Shown here: in pieces, positions 10,328 to 18,001 of the stretch
Position numbering within the stretch: position 1 is the first letter of the stretch
Layout of the letters: the number at the start of each line of letters is the position of its first letter
Source of the DNA: an uncultured Campylobacterales bacterium
GTDB taxonomy: Bacteria > Campylobacterota > Campylobacteria > Campylobacterales > Sulfurimonadaceae
Assembly (NCBI GenBank): GCA_965602745.1
Contig: CBFDAB010000001.1
Span: forward strand, 4,211 to 68,210
Reading direction: 5' to 3'
DNA length: 64,000 bases
Made by a program: the position numbers and the translations under genes
The notes under the pieces: generated by a model
Databases searched by the model: none
Seen by the model: only the letters and a program-made list of their open reading frames with translations
Told to the model about the DNA's origin: nothing

Positions 10328-11178
10328 GCTCTGCCTCTTTTCAAGAATACAAATTTAGCAGAGGCGATAATTACGAAAGATATCACAAACAGAACAAGAG
10401 CCAAATAGAAGAGACTTGAGAAGTAAAGACCCTCATCTGCTTCTGCAAACTCATTTGCCAGTGCAACAGGAATTGATGTCGCCGGATCAGTGATAAGAGA
10501 GGGTATCTTATGCACATTCCCCATAACAAAGGTAACCGCCATTGTCTCGCCGACGGCACGGCCAAGCGCCAATATTGTTGCTCCGATGATCCCCGCCTTT
10601 GAATAAGGGATAACAACATCTTTGATAACATCCCATTTTGTTCCGCCCAGAGCGTAAGCTGACTCTTTTAAGATATCAGGCGTTGTGTTCATCGCGTCAC
10701 GAGTAACCGCTGCCATAAAAGGAAGAACCATAATAGCCAGAACGATACCTGCTGTTAATAGTCCTATACCGAGTCCGCCAAATATATCACGTATAATAGG
10801 AACAAAGTAAAACAGTCCCCACATGCCGTAGATAACAGATGGGATGGCTGCTAAAAGCTCTATAGAGACCCCAACCGGTGTTTTTAACTTTGCAGGAGCA
10901 ATCTCAGATAAAAAGATAGCTACCCCTATAGCCAGTGGAATGGCAAGGAACATTGCCAAGGCTGTTGACATAATAGAACCGACAATAGCGGGAAAGGCAC
11001 CGAACTTTTCAAGATTAGGAGCCCATTTGCTGTTAACAAGAAAGTCAAAACCAAAGGCATCCATTGCAGGTTTAGCCTCTTGATACAAGACACCAAAGAT
11101 GGCACCTGTCACAAGAAGGGTCAGCAGTGCAATAGAAAGAGTTGATAGGTGAAAAAACCTGTCTAGAAACTTATTCAT
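10324..11178 (-). CDS. pstC: phosphate ABC transporter permease PstC
   Basis: 284-aa polytopic permease (ESAYALGGTKW loop). It is the first gene of the pstCAB array. Confidence 0.9.
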   Translation of the reverse strand: MNKFLDRFFHLSTLSIALLTLLVTGAIFGVLYQEAKPAMDAFGFDFLVNSKWAPNLEKFGAFPAIVGSIMSTALAMFLAIPLAIGVAIFLSEIAPAKLKTPVGVSIELLAAIPSVIYGMWGLFYFVPIIRDIFGGLGIGLLTAGIVLAIMVLPFMAAVTRDAMNTTPDILKESAYALGGTKWDVIKDVVIPYSKAGIIGATILALGRAVGETMAVTFVMGNVHKIPSLITDPATSIPVALANEFAEADEGLYFSSLFYLALVLFVISFVIIASAKFVFLKRGRA

Positions 11179-11225
11179 TCGTCTTCTTAATGTTATTATT
11201 TTGTAATGAGATTTTATCGCAAAAT

Positions 11226-11258
11226 GATTACAAAGAGATTACAAAGAGGTTACTTTTT
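11226..11258 (-). promoter_or_regulatory. putative Pho box upstream of pstC (three 11-bp-phased half-sites)
   Basis: Read on the minus strand: GTAACC-tctt-TGTAATC-tctt-TGTAATC, then 9 nt, then TAAAAT (plus coordinates 11211-11216). It lies 48-80 nt upstream of the pstC ATG. Confidence 0.55.
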
Positions 11259-11309
11259 GGATAAAAAAGCCTATTTTCCTTAGATTAGAAGAGATAAGAG
11301 CTAAAGTAT

Positions 11310-12701
11310 CTACTTCTTAATAGGCTTAAGGTCAAAAGCAAAGATTGAACCTTCTCCCTCTTTACTCTCTATAGTTAGAGCAGATTCATGAAGCCTAAGC
11401 ACATAAGTTACAATGGAAAGTCCCAGCCCCATAGAGTTATCCCAGGTGTTTTTCTGTATTCTATAAAACTTTGAGGTGATCTTATCGAGCTCTTTCTCGG
11501 CTATTCCCAGTCCTCTGTCAATTACGCTTAGTTTGTTATCCATGATGGCTACAGTAACGTCTTCCTGGGAATACTTCATAGCATTATCGATAAGATTGAT
11601 GATAACAGTCTCTATCATCGTCTTGTCTGCTTCTACATTATACATTTCGCCGGAAAAGTGAATCTTTCTATCTTTATACTTTTTGCCCAAGTTCATAATG
11701 ACATCTTGGGTGAGTTCGGCTAGATCAAACCTGCTGCGCTTGGCTTGAAGGTCTTCATTTTCCAACTTTACAGACAAAGAGAGTCTATCTATCATAGTCG
11801 TAATCTTTTTACTGTTTTGCATGATCTTGTCTAAGAAACGCTGACGGATCTGCAGGTTTGTATTAGGATCATCTACAAGGGTCTCGGCGTATCCCTGGAT
11901 GGAAGCAATGGGATTCTTAAACTCATGCGATATGGCAGAAAGAATATCATTTCTTTGTTTGTTGATGAGCCTTAGTCTGGCGGTATATTTACGTTTTTGC
12001 CTGTCTCTATTGTTGAGCTTTTTCGCCAAGTTTTTAAGGGTCAAGGCTATATATAGAAACTCAGAAAAGAACTCAGGTTTGACAACGGCCTTATAGTTTT
12101 TATCAGATATCTCGCGAAGATAGTCTGTTATCTGTTGAATATCATGACGAATCTTTTTACTGATATTATAAGAAACAAAAAGTCCTATAAGAATAAAAAT
12201 TGAGAAGACAAGAGCTAATCGTGACCATAAGGTATAGAACTCTTCCATGACCTTATCAAGATTTACGGCTAATCTGAAAAATATGAACTCTTCTTTATAA
12301 CTAACTCTTTTGGCGACATAAAGAAAGTCTGTTTTAATAGAATCAGAATATCTGGTGACAAGACCATATTCATGCACAGCCGCATCCATTATTTCCGGAC
12401 GTCCTCTATGGTTGTCCATCTTTGTCTTGTCTTTGTTTGACTCAGAAAGAACAAGTCCATTATCATCAATGAGAGTGACACGAAGATCACTCTTCTCACT
12501 AACCTCGGAAGCGAAGAGATCCAGGTCTTGAACATAAGGAAGCTGCATCTGTAAAAGGGAGATCTGCTTTTTTAATTGTTCCGTGTTCTCTTTAACAGTA
12601 GTGTTCTTAATGCTAAGATAAGAGACCAAAGATGAGAGAAGAAGGGTGCCAAAGAAAATGGCTAAAAAGTTAAGAAAAAATATTTGGTGGAGTTTTAGCA
12701 C
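11310..12701 (-). CDS. phoR: phosphate-regulon-type sensor histidine kinase
   Basis: 463 aa with an N-terminal TM, a periplasmic region and a second TM. H-box SHEFKNPIASIQGY and a C-terminal HATPase region are present. It overlaps the upstream response-regulator gene and sits inside the pho/pst locus. Confidence 0.75.
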   Translation of the reverse strand: MLKLHQIFFLNFLAIFFGTLLLSSLVSYLSIKNTTVKENTEQLKKQISLLQMQLPYVQDLDLFASEVSEKSDLRVTLIDDNGLVLSESNKDKTKMDNHRGRPEIMDAAVHEYGLVTRYSDSIKTDFLYVAKRVSYKEEFIFFRLAVNLDKVMEEFYTLWSRLALVFSIFILIGLFVSYNISKKIRHDIQQITDYLREISDKNYKAVVKPEFFSEFLYIALTLKNLAKKLNNRDRQKRKYTARLRLINKQRNDILSAISHEFKNPIASIQGYAETLVDDPNTNLQIRQRFLDKIMQNSKKITTMIDRLSLSVKLENEDLQAKRSRFDLAELTQDVIMNLGKKYKDRKIHFSGEMYNVEADKTMIETVIINLIDNAMKYSQEDVTVAIMDNKLSVIDRGLGIAEKELDKITSKFYRIQKNTWDNSMGLGLSIVTYVLRLHESALTIESKEGEGSIFAFDLKPIKK

Positions 12702-13372
12702 AGGGTATAACCTACACCGCGCACGGTCTTGATGTACTCTTTTTCTTTATTTGGGTCGATCTTATCTTTAAGACGGTTGATGGCGACATTAACGGTCTTG
12801 TCTTGATAGACTTCATCACCACCCCAAACATTCCCGAGTAAAAAATCTCTGTCTAAAACGACATTTTGGTTTTTTATGAGAGTGAGAAGAAGATCAAACT
12901 CAAGTTTAGAGAGTTCAACATGCAGCGTTCCCGCCTTGACGCTCCTCGTCTGAGGGTTCATCTCTATGTCTCTGTAAGAGATGTTTTCTTGATTAAAACC
13001 TATTTTAGTACGTTTCAGTACAGCTTTAACGCGCATAGCTACTTCTTTTGGACTAAATGGCTTGGTGATATAATCATCTGCACCGCGATCAAAGCCTTCT
13101 TCTATGTCGCTCTCTTTATTTTTCGCGGAGAGGTAGATAACGGGAGTCTGAATGCCACTTTTACGAATCTCTTGAACAAACTCACTTCCTTCTATACCCG
13201 GAAGGTTTCTGTCCATAAGTAAAAGATCGACTTCCTCCTCCTCAAGAAATTGAGCTACTGTCTTTGTATTCAAAAAACCGACTGTCTCATAACCCTCTTT
13301 TTGAAGGTTATATTCGAGTAGTTCTAAAATGTCTTCTTCATCTTCTACAATAACAATCATTGCCTTAGACAT
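12695..13372 (-). CDS. phoB: OmpR/PhoB-family response regulator
   Basis: 225 aa with a receiver domain (IVIVEDEED...LLLMDRNLPG) and a winged-helix output ending ...TVRGVGYTL. Assignment is supported by its location in the pho locus. Confidence 0.8.
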   Translation of the reverse strand: MSKAMIVIVEDEEDILELLEYNLQKEGYETVGFLNTKTVAQFLEEEEVDLLLMDRNLPGIEGSEFVQEIRKSGIQTPVIYLSAKNKESDIEEGFDRGADDYITKPFSPKEVAMRVKAVLKRTKIGFNQENISYRDIEMNPQTRSVKAGTLHVELSKLEFDLLLTLIKNQNVVLDRDFLLGNVWGGDEVYQDKTVNVAINRLKDKIDPNKEKEYIKTVRGVGYTLC

Positions 13373-13442
13373 ATTAACCCTTCGAGTAATTTATATCGGT
13401 CTGTGACAGTGGTCGCGAGCGACATCACTTCTGGTTCCAAAG

Positions 13443-13559
13443 CTACAGATGACAAGCAGTTGTCATCTGTTTAAGGCTTTTCACATCTTCAATGATGACA
13501 ATCATTGCCTTTACTGAAGAAACATTTGCTTCGCAAACCGCCATGGCTTGTTTTGACAT
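13443..13559 (-). other. 38-codon ORF formed by a partial duplicate of the phoB 5' end
   Basis: It shares the same RBS/start context as phoB (AAGGGTTAATATGTC). The peptide is MSK-QAMAVCEANVSSV-KAMIVIIED..., compared with phoB MSKAMIVIVEDEED. It terminates inside a perfect hairpin. Confidence 0.4.
13446..13469. other. perfect 10-bp inverted repeat (CAGATGACAA-gcag-TTGTCATCTG) between phoU and phoB
   Basis: Read directly from the sequence. No canonical T-run follows on the minus strand, so it is not called as a terminator. Confidence 0.6.
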
Positions 13560-13577
13560 ATTAACCCTTCGAATATG

Positions 13578-14246
13578 TTAGTAGCTTTGGATATAGCCAC
13601 CCTCTTTAGAGTAAAGCATTAACTTCGCAATATTGATAGCATGATCTGAAGCGCGTTCAAGTTTTCGAAGTGTGCTTAGGATTTTTACGTATTCAATAGA
13701 AAGTTCACCTTCTATAATTATACGTGAAAGTATATCTTTTTCAAGTATAGAGAATAAATCATCACACTTACTCTCTTCAACCATAACCGAACGATATAGG
13801 TCTGAATAATCACATTCATCATGATTATTGAAACAGTCGGCTATAAACTGCAAAGCAGAGATAGAAGAGCTGTGAAGCTTGATGATGATTTCTGAGATAC
13901 TCTCAAGATTACATTCACTTTCACAATGTGCTTTCATACGTTTAGCGTATTTTTTTGCACCTTCACCTATACGTATAAGTTCATTTGTCATCTTTAGGTA
14001 AGAGATCAATAGACGAAGTTCTTGAGCTTCAGGGCCGAACAGAGCGAAGGTCTTAACAATCTTATTATCAATAGCATTGGCTTCTTGCTGGATTGTTTTA
14101 AGGATACGCTTAACTGTATCGAATTTTTCTATGTCACGGACTCTGTAAGCATCTAAGGCAGTATTGTGCGCCTCAACTACTTCAGAAATAAGTTTGGCTA
14201 ACATCTCTTGAATGTGACTAATTTGTTGTTCATATCGCGGAAGCAT
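13578..14246 (-). CDS. phoU: phosphate signalling complex protein PhoU
   Basis: 222 aa, an all-helical two-repeat protein with an ...ERASDHAINIA... type motif. It sits in the pho locus. Confidence 0.85.
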   Translation of the reverse strand: MLPRYEQQISHIQEMLAKLISEVVEAHNTALDAYRVRDIEKFDTVKRILKTIQQEANAIDNKIVKTFALFGPEAQELRLLISYLKMTNELIRIGEGAKKYAKRMKAHCESECNLESISEIIIKLHSSSISALQFIADCFNNHDECDYSDLYRSVMVEESKCDDLFSILEKDILSRIIIEGELSIEYVKILSTLRKLERASDHAINIAKLMLYSKEGGYIQSY

Positions 14247-14288
14247 TAAGTCCCTTTATTATATAGTTTTGAAATTGTAAAAGATGAT

Positions 14289-14306
14289 TGTAACAAGAAG
14301 GTTACA
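14289..14306 (-). promoter_or_regulatory. putative Pho box upstream of phoU
   Basis: Read on the minus strand: TGTAACC-ttct-TGTTACA, then 9 nt, then TACAAT (plus coordinates 14274-14279). It is part of a perfect palindrome TGATTGTAAC-N6-GTTACAATCA (14285-14310). Confidence 0.5.
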
Positions 14307-14320
14307 ATCAAAAATTACTT

Positions 14321-14338
14321 TGTAACCATTATGTTACC
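14321..14338 (+). promoter_or_regulatory. putative Pho box upstream of pstS
   Basis: TGTAACC-atta-TGTTACC, then 9 nt, then TAAAAT (14348-14353). The pstS ATG is at 14408. Confidence 0.55.
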
Positions 14339-14407
14339 AACTTAACATAAAATTTCGGTAATTTAACCCAAGGGTTCTTAATAAGTACCCAAAAAAAGGA
14401 CAGATAC

Positions 14408-15406
14408 ATGACTAAGATCACAAAAGTATTATTGATTGCAGCAGTAGCTACAACAAGCATGATGGCAGCTAAGATTAGTGGAGCAGGAGCATCGTTCCCG
14501 GCACCCTTATATTATGACTGGGCGTATCAGTACCAAAAAGAGACAAAAAATCGTGTAAACTATCAGTCAATTGGTTCAGGTGGAGGAATCAAGCAGATAT
14601 CTAAGCGTGTTGTTAACTTCGGCGCATCAGACAAACCACTTAAAACAGAAAAGCTGGCTAAGATGAAACTTCTTCAGTTCCCGGCAGTTATCGGTTCTAT
14701 TGTAATTTCTTTAAATGTTCCAGGTGTTGCAGATGAGCAGTTAAAACTTAAAAACTCAGTTGTAGCAGATATCTTTGCAGGTAAGATTACTACATGGAAT
14801 GACGCAGCTATTCTTGCTGATAATGCAGGCGTAAACCTTCCAGCTGAGAAGATCATCGTATGTCACCGTTCAGACGGATCAGGTACTACATATAACTTTA
14901 CTTACTACCTATCTGAAGCAAGTGAAAACTGGAAAAACAACTTTGGTGCCGGTAAAGCAATCGACTGGGCAACTGGTATCGGTGGAAAAGGTAATGAAGG
15001 TGTTGCAAATCTAGTAAAGAACACACCTTTTGCAATCGGTTATATCGAAAACGCATACAAAGAGAAGAACAATCTTGCAGCAGCAACACTTCAAACAGCT
15101 AACGGTAAATGGGTGACTGCAAGAGAAGAGAACTTCAAAGCAGCGGCAAAATATGCTTCATGGACAAAAGAAGACAACTTCTTCGCTCTTTTAGCACTTC
15201 AGCCGGGTGATACTTCTTACCCAATCGTTGCAGCAACATTTATTCTTCTTCCGGTAGAGAAGGCAGATACAAATAAAAAAGTTGTAGAGTTTTATGACTA
15301 CGCTTTCAAAAAGGGAGATGCAGCAGCAAAGAGACTTGGTTACATCCCTCTTCCAGAAGAGACTAAAAACCTTATCCGTTCTTACTGGGCAGACAAGGGT
15401 CTTTAA
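14408..15406 (+). CDS. pstS: phosphate ABC transporter substrate-binding protein PstS
   Basis: 332 aa with a signal peptide and the motifs ISGAGASFPAPLY and ...SDGSGTT. Confidence 0.9.
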   Translation: MTKITKVLLIAAVATTSMMAAKISGAGASFPAPLYYDWAYQYQKETKNRVNYQSIGSGGGIKQISKRVVNFGASDKPLKTEKLAKMKLLQFPAVIGSIVISLNVPGVADEQLKLKNSVVADIFAGKITTWNDAAILADNAGVNLPAEKIIVCHRSDGSGTTYNFTYYLSEASENWKNNFGAGKAIDWATGIGGKGNEGVANLVKNTPFAIGYIENAYKEKNNLAAATLQTANGKWVTAREENFKAAAKYASWTKEDNFFALLALQPGDTSYPIVAATFILLPVEKADTNKKVVEFYDYAFKKGDAAAKRLGYIPLPEETKNLIRSYWADKGL

Positions 15407-15413
15407 GACCAAA

Positions 15414-15432
15414 AAGAAGCCTATCTTCTTTT
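15414..15432 (+). terminator. putative intrinsic terminator after pstS
   Basis: Hairpin AAGAAG-cctat-CTTCTT followed by TT. A second hairpin, AATCCCC-ttt-GGGGATT, lies at 15449-15465. Confidence 0.45.
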
Positions 15433-15530
15433 AAATATCTACTCTCCTAATCCCCTTTGGGGGATTCTTCACTCCACACAAGCAAACTCTATGATATTAT
15501 TGTCAAACACTTTTTATTCAGAGGTCAAAA

Positions 15531-15674
15531 ATGAACGAAGAAGAAAAACTAAAACTCTATCTTGAAAGACTGAAACAGCTGGCCTTAGAGAAGATAAAAG
15601 ATAAAAATATCTCCGCGATTAGGGCTTTAAAAGAGTCTCTCAATTATATTGAGGGTGAAATGACAGGATACTAA
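15531..15674 (+). CDS. small hypothetical protein (47 aa, helical, charged)
   Basis: This ORF is not on the supplied track because it is under 60 aa. ATG is preceded by AGAGGTCAAAA. Its stop overlaps the next start context (TAAGATG). Peptide: MNEEEKLKLYLERLKQLALEKIKDKNISAIRALKESLNYIEGEMTGY. Confidence 0.3.
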   Translation: MNEEEKLKLYLERLKQLALEKIKDKNISAIRALKESLNYIEGEMTGY

Positions 15675-15675
15675 G

Positions 15676-15858
15676 ATGGCAAACAATCCCGCACTAACAA
15701 TAATGCAACTAGAACAGGCTCTGAATAACTTACAGAACACTATGGTAAAAGAGGACGGCACTCTTGCCCTAGATGACAATTTTTTGAAGATCTTTGACGA
15801 ACTTATGAAAAAGCTGGCCGAGGCCAGAGATATCGCAGAGGGAATGCGGAAGTCTTAG
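15676..15858 (+). CDS. small hypothetical protein (60 aa)
   Basis: ORF starting 1 nt after the preceding 47-codon ORF. No motif recognised. Confidence 0.35.
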   Translation: MANNPALTIMQLEQALNNLQNTMVKEDGTLALDDNFLKIFDELMKKLAEARDIAEGMRKS

Positions 15859-15915
15859 AAAGAGCTCTTGATAAGCCTGGATTATAGATATTAAAGAGTT
15901 AGGTTAAGGATAAAT

Positions 15916-16290
15916 ATGAATAATCTCGAAACAGATGAAGCTAGTTCTATCGTAAAATTAAAAAGCTTTTTTTCAAAACTAGTACAAGGTGAACTTGGAT
16001 TAGCTAAAACTTTTTGGATATTTGGACTACTTATTCAACTTATGTTAGTGTTTATAATAAGTACGATTCCTATTGAAGTACTAACAATTATTGGCTTATT
16101 ACTTATACTTACATACGAAATAATAGTAATATTTGGTGTATGGAGAGCAGCAACCAAATATGAAGGATTTAAATTATGGGCAATTCTTGCAAAAATTGTT
16201 GTTATATTCTGGTTGCTTAATTTTATCAAATTAAGTCTCGTTTTATTTGGCTTATTAGGTTTGTTAATTACAAGGCTTTTTACAAGCTAA
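15916..16290 (+). CDS. hypothetical integral membrane protein (124 aa)
   Basis: Three predicted hydrophobic helices and very low GC. No family recognised. Confidence 0.45.
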   Translation: MNNLETDEASSIVKLKSFFSKLVQGELGLAKTFWIFGLLIQLMLVFIISTIPIEVLTIIGLLLILTYEIIVIFGVWRAATKYEGFKLWAILAKIVVIFWLLNFIKLSLVLFGLLGLLITRLFTS

Positions 16291-16335
16291 CAAGTACGAG
16301 GAGACGCAATAATTTATTCCTCAGGAGAGACTAGT

Positions 16336-16950
16336 ATGCGCTATCAAGGAAAAATAAGCAGCTGGAAAAATGAGCAGGGCTTTGGATTTATCACTCCTAA
16401 TGGTGGGGGACAGCAAGTCTTTGTTCACATTAAGTCGTTTTCAAGCCGACAGCGAAGGCCAGTCGGGAATGAGATGGTGACCTACAAGGTTAAGACGGAT
16501 GCAAAGGGTCGATTTCAGGCAGATCATGTTAGCTTTGTGGGTGAGCGCGTGACTTCGGCTACTTCCTCAGGGAGAAGCAAGGTCTCGCTCATATTTGCTA
16601 TAGCCTTTCTCGGTTTTGTAGGGGCTTCGGTTCTGTCGGGTAAGTTGCCGATCCCTGTCCTCGGGCTCTATCTTATTGCAAGCATTGTTGCATTTTTCGC
16701 TTACGCACTTGACAAGTCAGCCGCAAGAAATGAGAAGTGGCGAACTCAGGAGAGTACCTTGCACCTTTTTGCTTTAATCGGCGGTTGGCCTGGAGCATTA
16801 GCCGCACAGAGGATACTTCGTCACAAGTCCAAGAAGCAGTCGTTCCAGCTTATGTTTTGGATTACTGTCCTTATAAACTGCAGCTCTCTGGCTTGGTTTT
16901 TCTCGTCTTCAGGCGCCGAAGTGTTCCGTAGAATTCTTGGTTCATTTTAA
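16336..16950 (+). CDS. cold-shock-domain plus DUF1294 membrane protein
   Basis: The N-terminus GKISSWKNEQGFGFITP...VFVHIKSF is a CSD. The C-terminus ...LFALIGGWPGALAAQRILRHKSKK... is DUF1294-like. Confidence 0.75.
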   Translation: MRYQGKISSWKNEQGFGFITPNGGGQQVFVHIKSFSSRQRRPVGNEMVTYKVKTDAKGRFQADHVSFVGERVTSATSSGRSKVSLIFAIAFLGFVGASVLSGKLPIPVLGLYLIASIVAFFAYALDKSAARNEKWRTQESTLHLFALIGGWPGALAAQRILRHKSKKQSFQLMFWITVLINCSSLAWFFSSSGAEVFRRILGSF

Positions 16951-16972
16951 ACCTTAACAAGTATGTAAACAG

Positions 16973-17170
16973 ATGAAAACAGAGGTCCTAAGATCTGATA
17001 TAACAGAGTTAAAAGTCGATGCCATTGTCAATGCGTCAAATACTTCGCTTCTTGGAGGAAGAGATGCAGGAGAAGAAGAGCTTCTTTCTTCCTGTTACAG
17101 GGAGTGCATAAGGGTAGCCGATGCTCATGGGCTGAGGGAAAGTCTGTCTAAATTTTATTCGCAGGTCTAA
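16973..17170 (+). pseudogene. decayed macro-domain (YmdB-like) gene remnant
   Basis: 65-codon ORF. DITELKVDAIVNASNTSLLGG matches the macro-domain N-terminus. It then jumps directly to ...EELLSSCYRECIRVADAHGL, which corresponds to a segment about 65 residues further on in full-length macro proteins. The C-terminal half is absent. Confidence 0.6.
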
Positions 17171-17220
17171 GATAGCTTTTATGATATACTTTTTTAAAGC
17201 AGAAGCCTGAAAGAGTCCAG

Positions 17221-17973
17221 ATGAAAAAGAGCAAGAGTGAAGAACTTCTTCGAGAACATCATCCTGCGGTAATCAAACAACGCCTGAAACAAGCTGCCAA
17301 ATCTCAAAATATCTCTAATGCTGTGCTTGGCGGGATTGACGGGTGTGTGACGACCTTTGCCGTGGTATCAAGCAGTGTCGGCGCAGGTCTTCCCTCTTCA
17401 GTGGCTGTAATAATGGGCTTTGCTAATCTGTTTGCTGACGGCTTTAGTATGGCGGTGAGCAGTTATGAATCTATCAAAGCCGAGAGAGAGTTTATAGAGG
17501 GGATCAGACGGACAGAAGAGATGCATATTGATAATGTGCCAAAGGGTGAAAGAGAAGAGATACGGCAGATATTTTACAAAAAAGGTTTCAGGGGAGAGAC
17601 TCTTGAGCAGATCATTGATACGATCTGTCAAGATAAGGATCTATGGATAGAGACAATGCTTACAGAAGAACATGGTGTCCACAGAGCCTCAAGCAGTCCT
17701 CTAAAGTCGGCAATAACGACCTTTTCCTCATTTATTTTTGTCGGTGCAATACCTCTGATACCCTTCTTTTTTACCCAATTGCAGATGCAGGACAAGTTTA
17801 TTATAAGTGCCGGTCTTGCCGGAATAATGTTCTTTTCAATAGGAGCGCTCAAGGGGCTTGTCTTTAAAAAATCAATATCTTTTTCCGGTTTAAGTACTCT
17901 GCTTACAGGAAGTATGGCGGCAGGACTTGCTTATCTTGTGGGACATCTGCTGAGAAATGCTTTTGGTATATAA
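17221..17973 (+). CDS. VIT1/CCC1-family iron/manganese transporter
   Basis: 250 aa with the N-terminal motif ...VLGGIDGCVTTFAVVSS..., a central cytoplasmic acidic region and a C-terminal TM bundle. Confidence 0.75.
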   Translation: MKKSKSEELLREHHPAVIKQRLKQAAKSQNISNAVLGGIDGCVTTFAVVSSSVGAGLPSSVAVIMGFANLFADGFSMAVSSYESIKAEREFIEGIRRTEEMHIDNVPKGEREEIRQIFYKKGFRGETLEQIIDTICQDKDLWIETMLTEEHGVHRASSSPLKSAITTFSSFIFVGAIPLIPFFFTQLQMQDKFIISAGLAGIMFFSIGALKGLVFKKSISFSGLSTLLTGSMAAGLAYLVGHLLRNAFGI

Positions 17974-18001
17974 AGCCAGAAGTTTAAAGTATAATTCCCT
18001 T

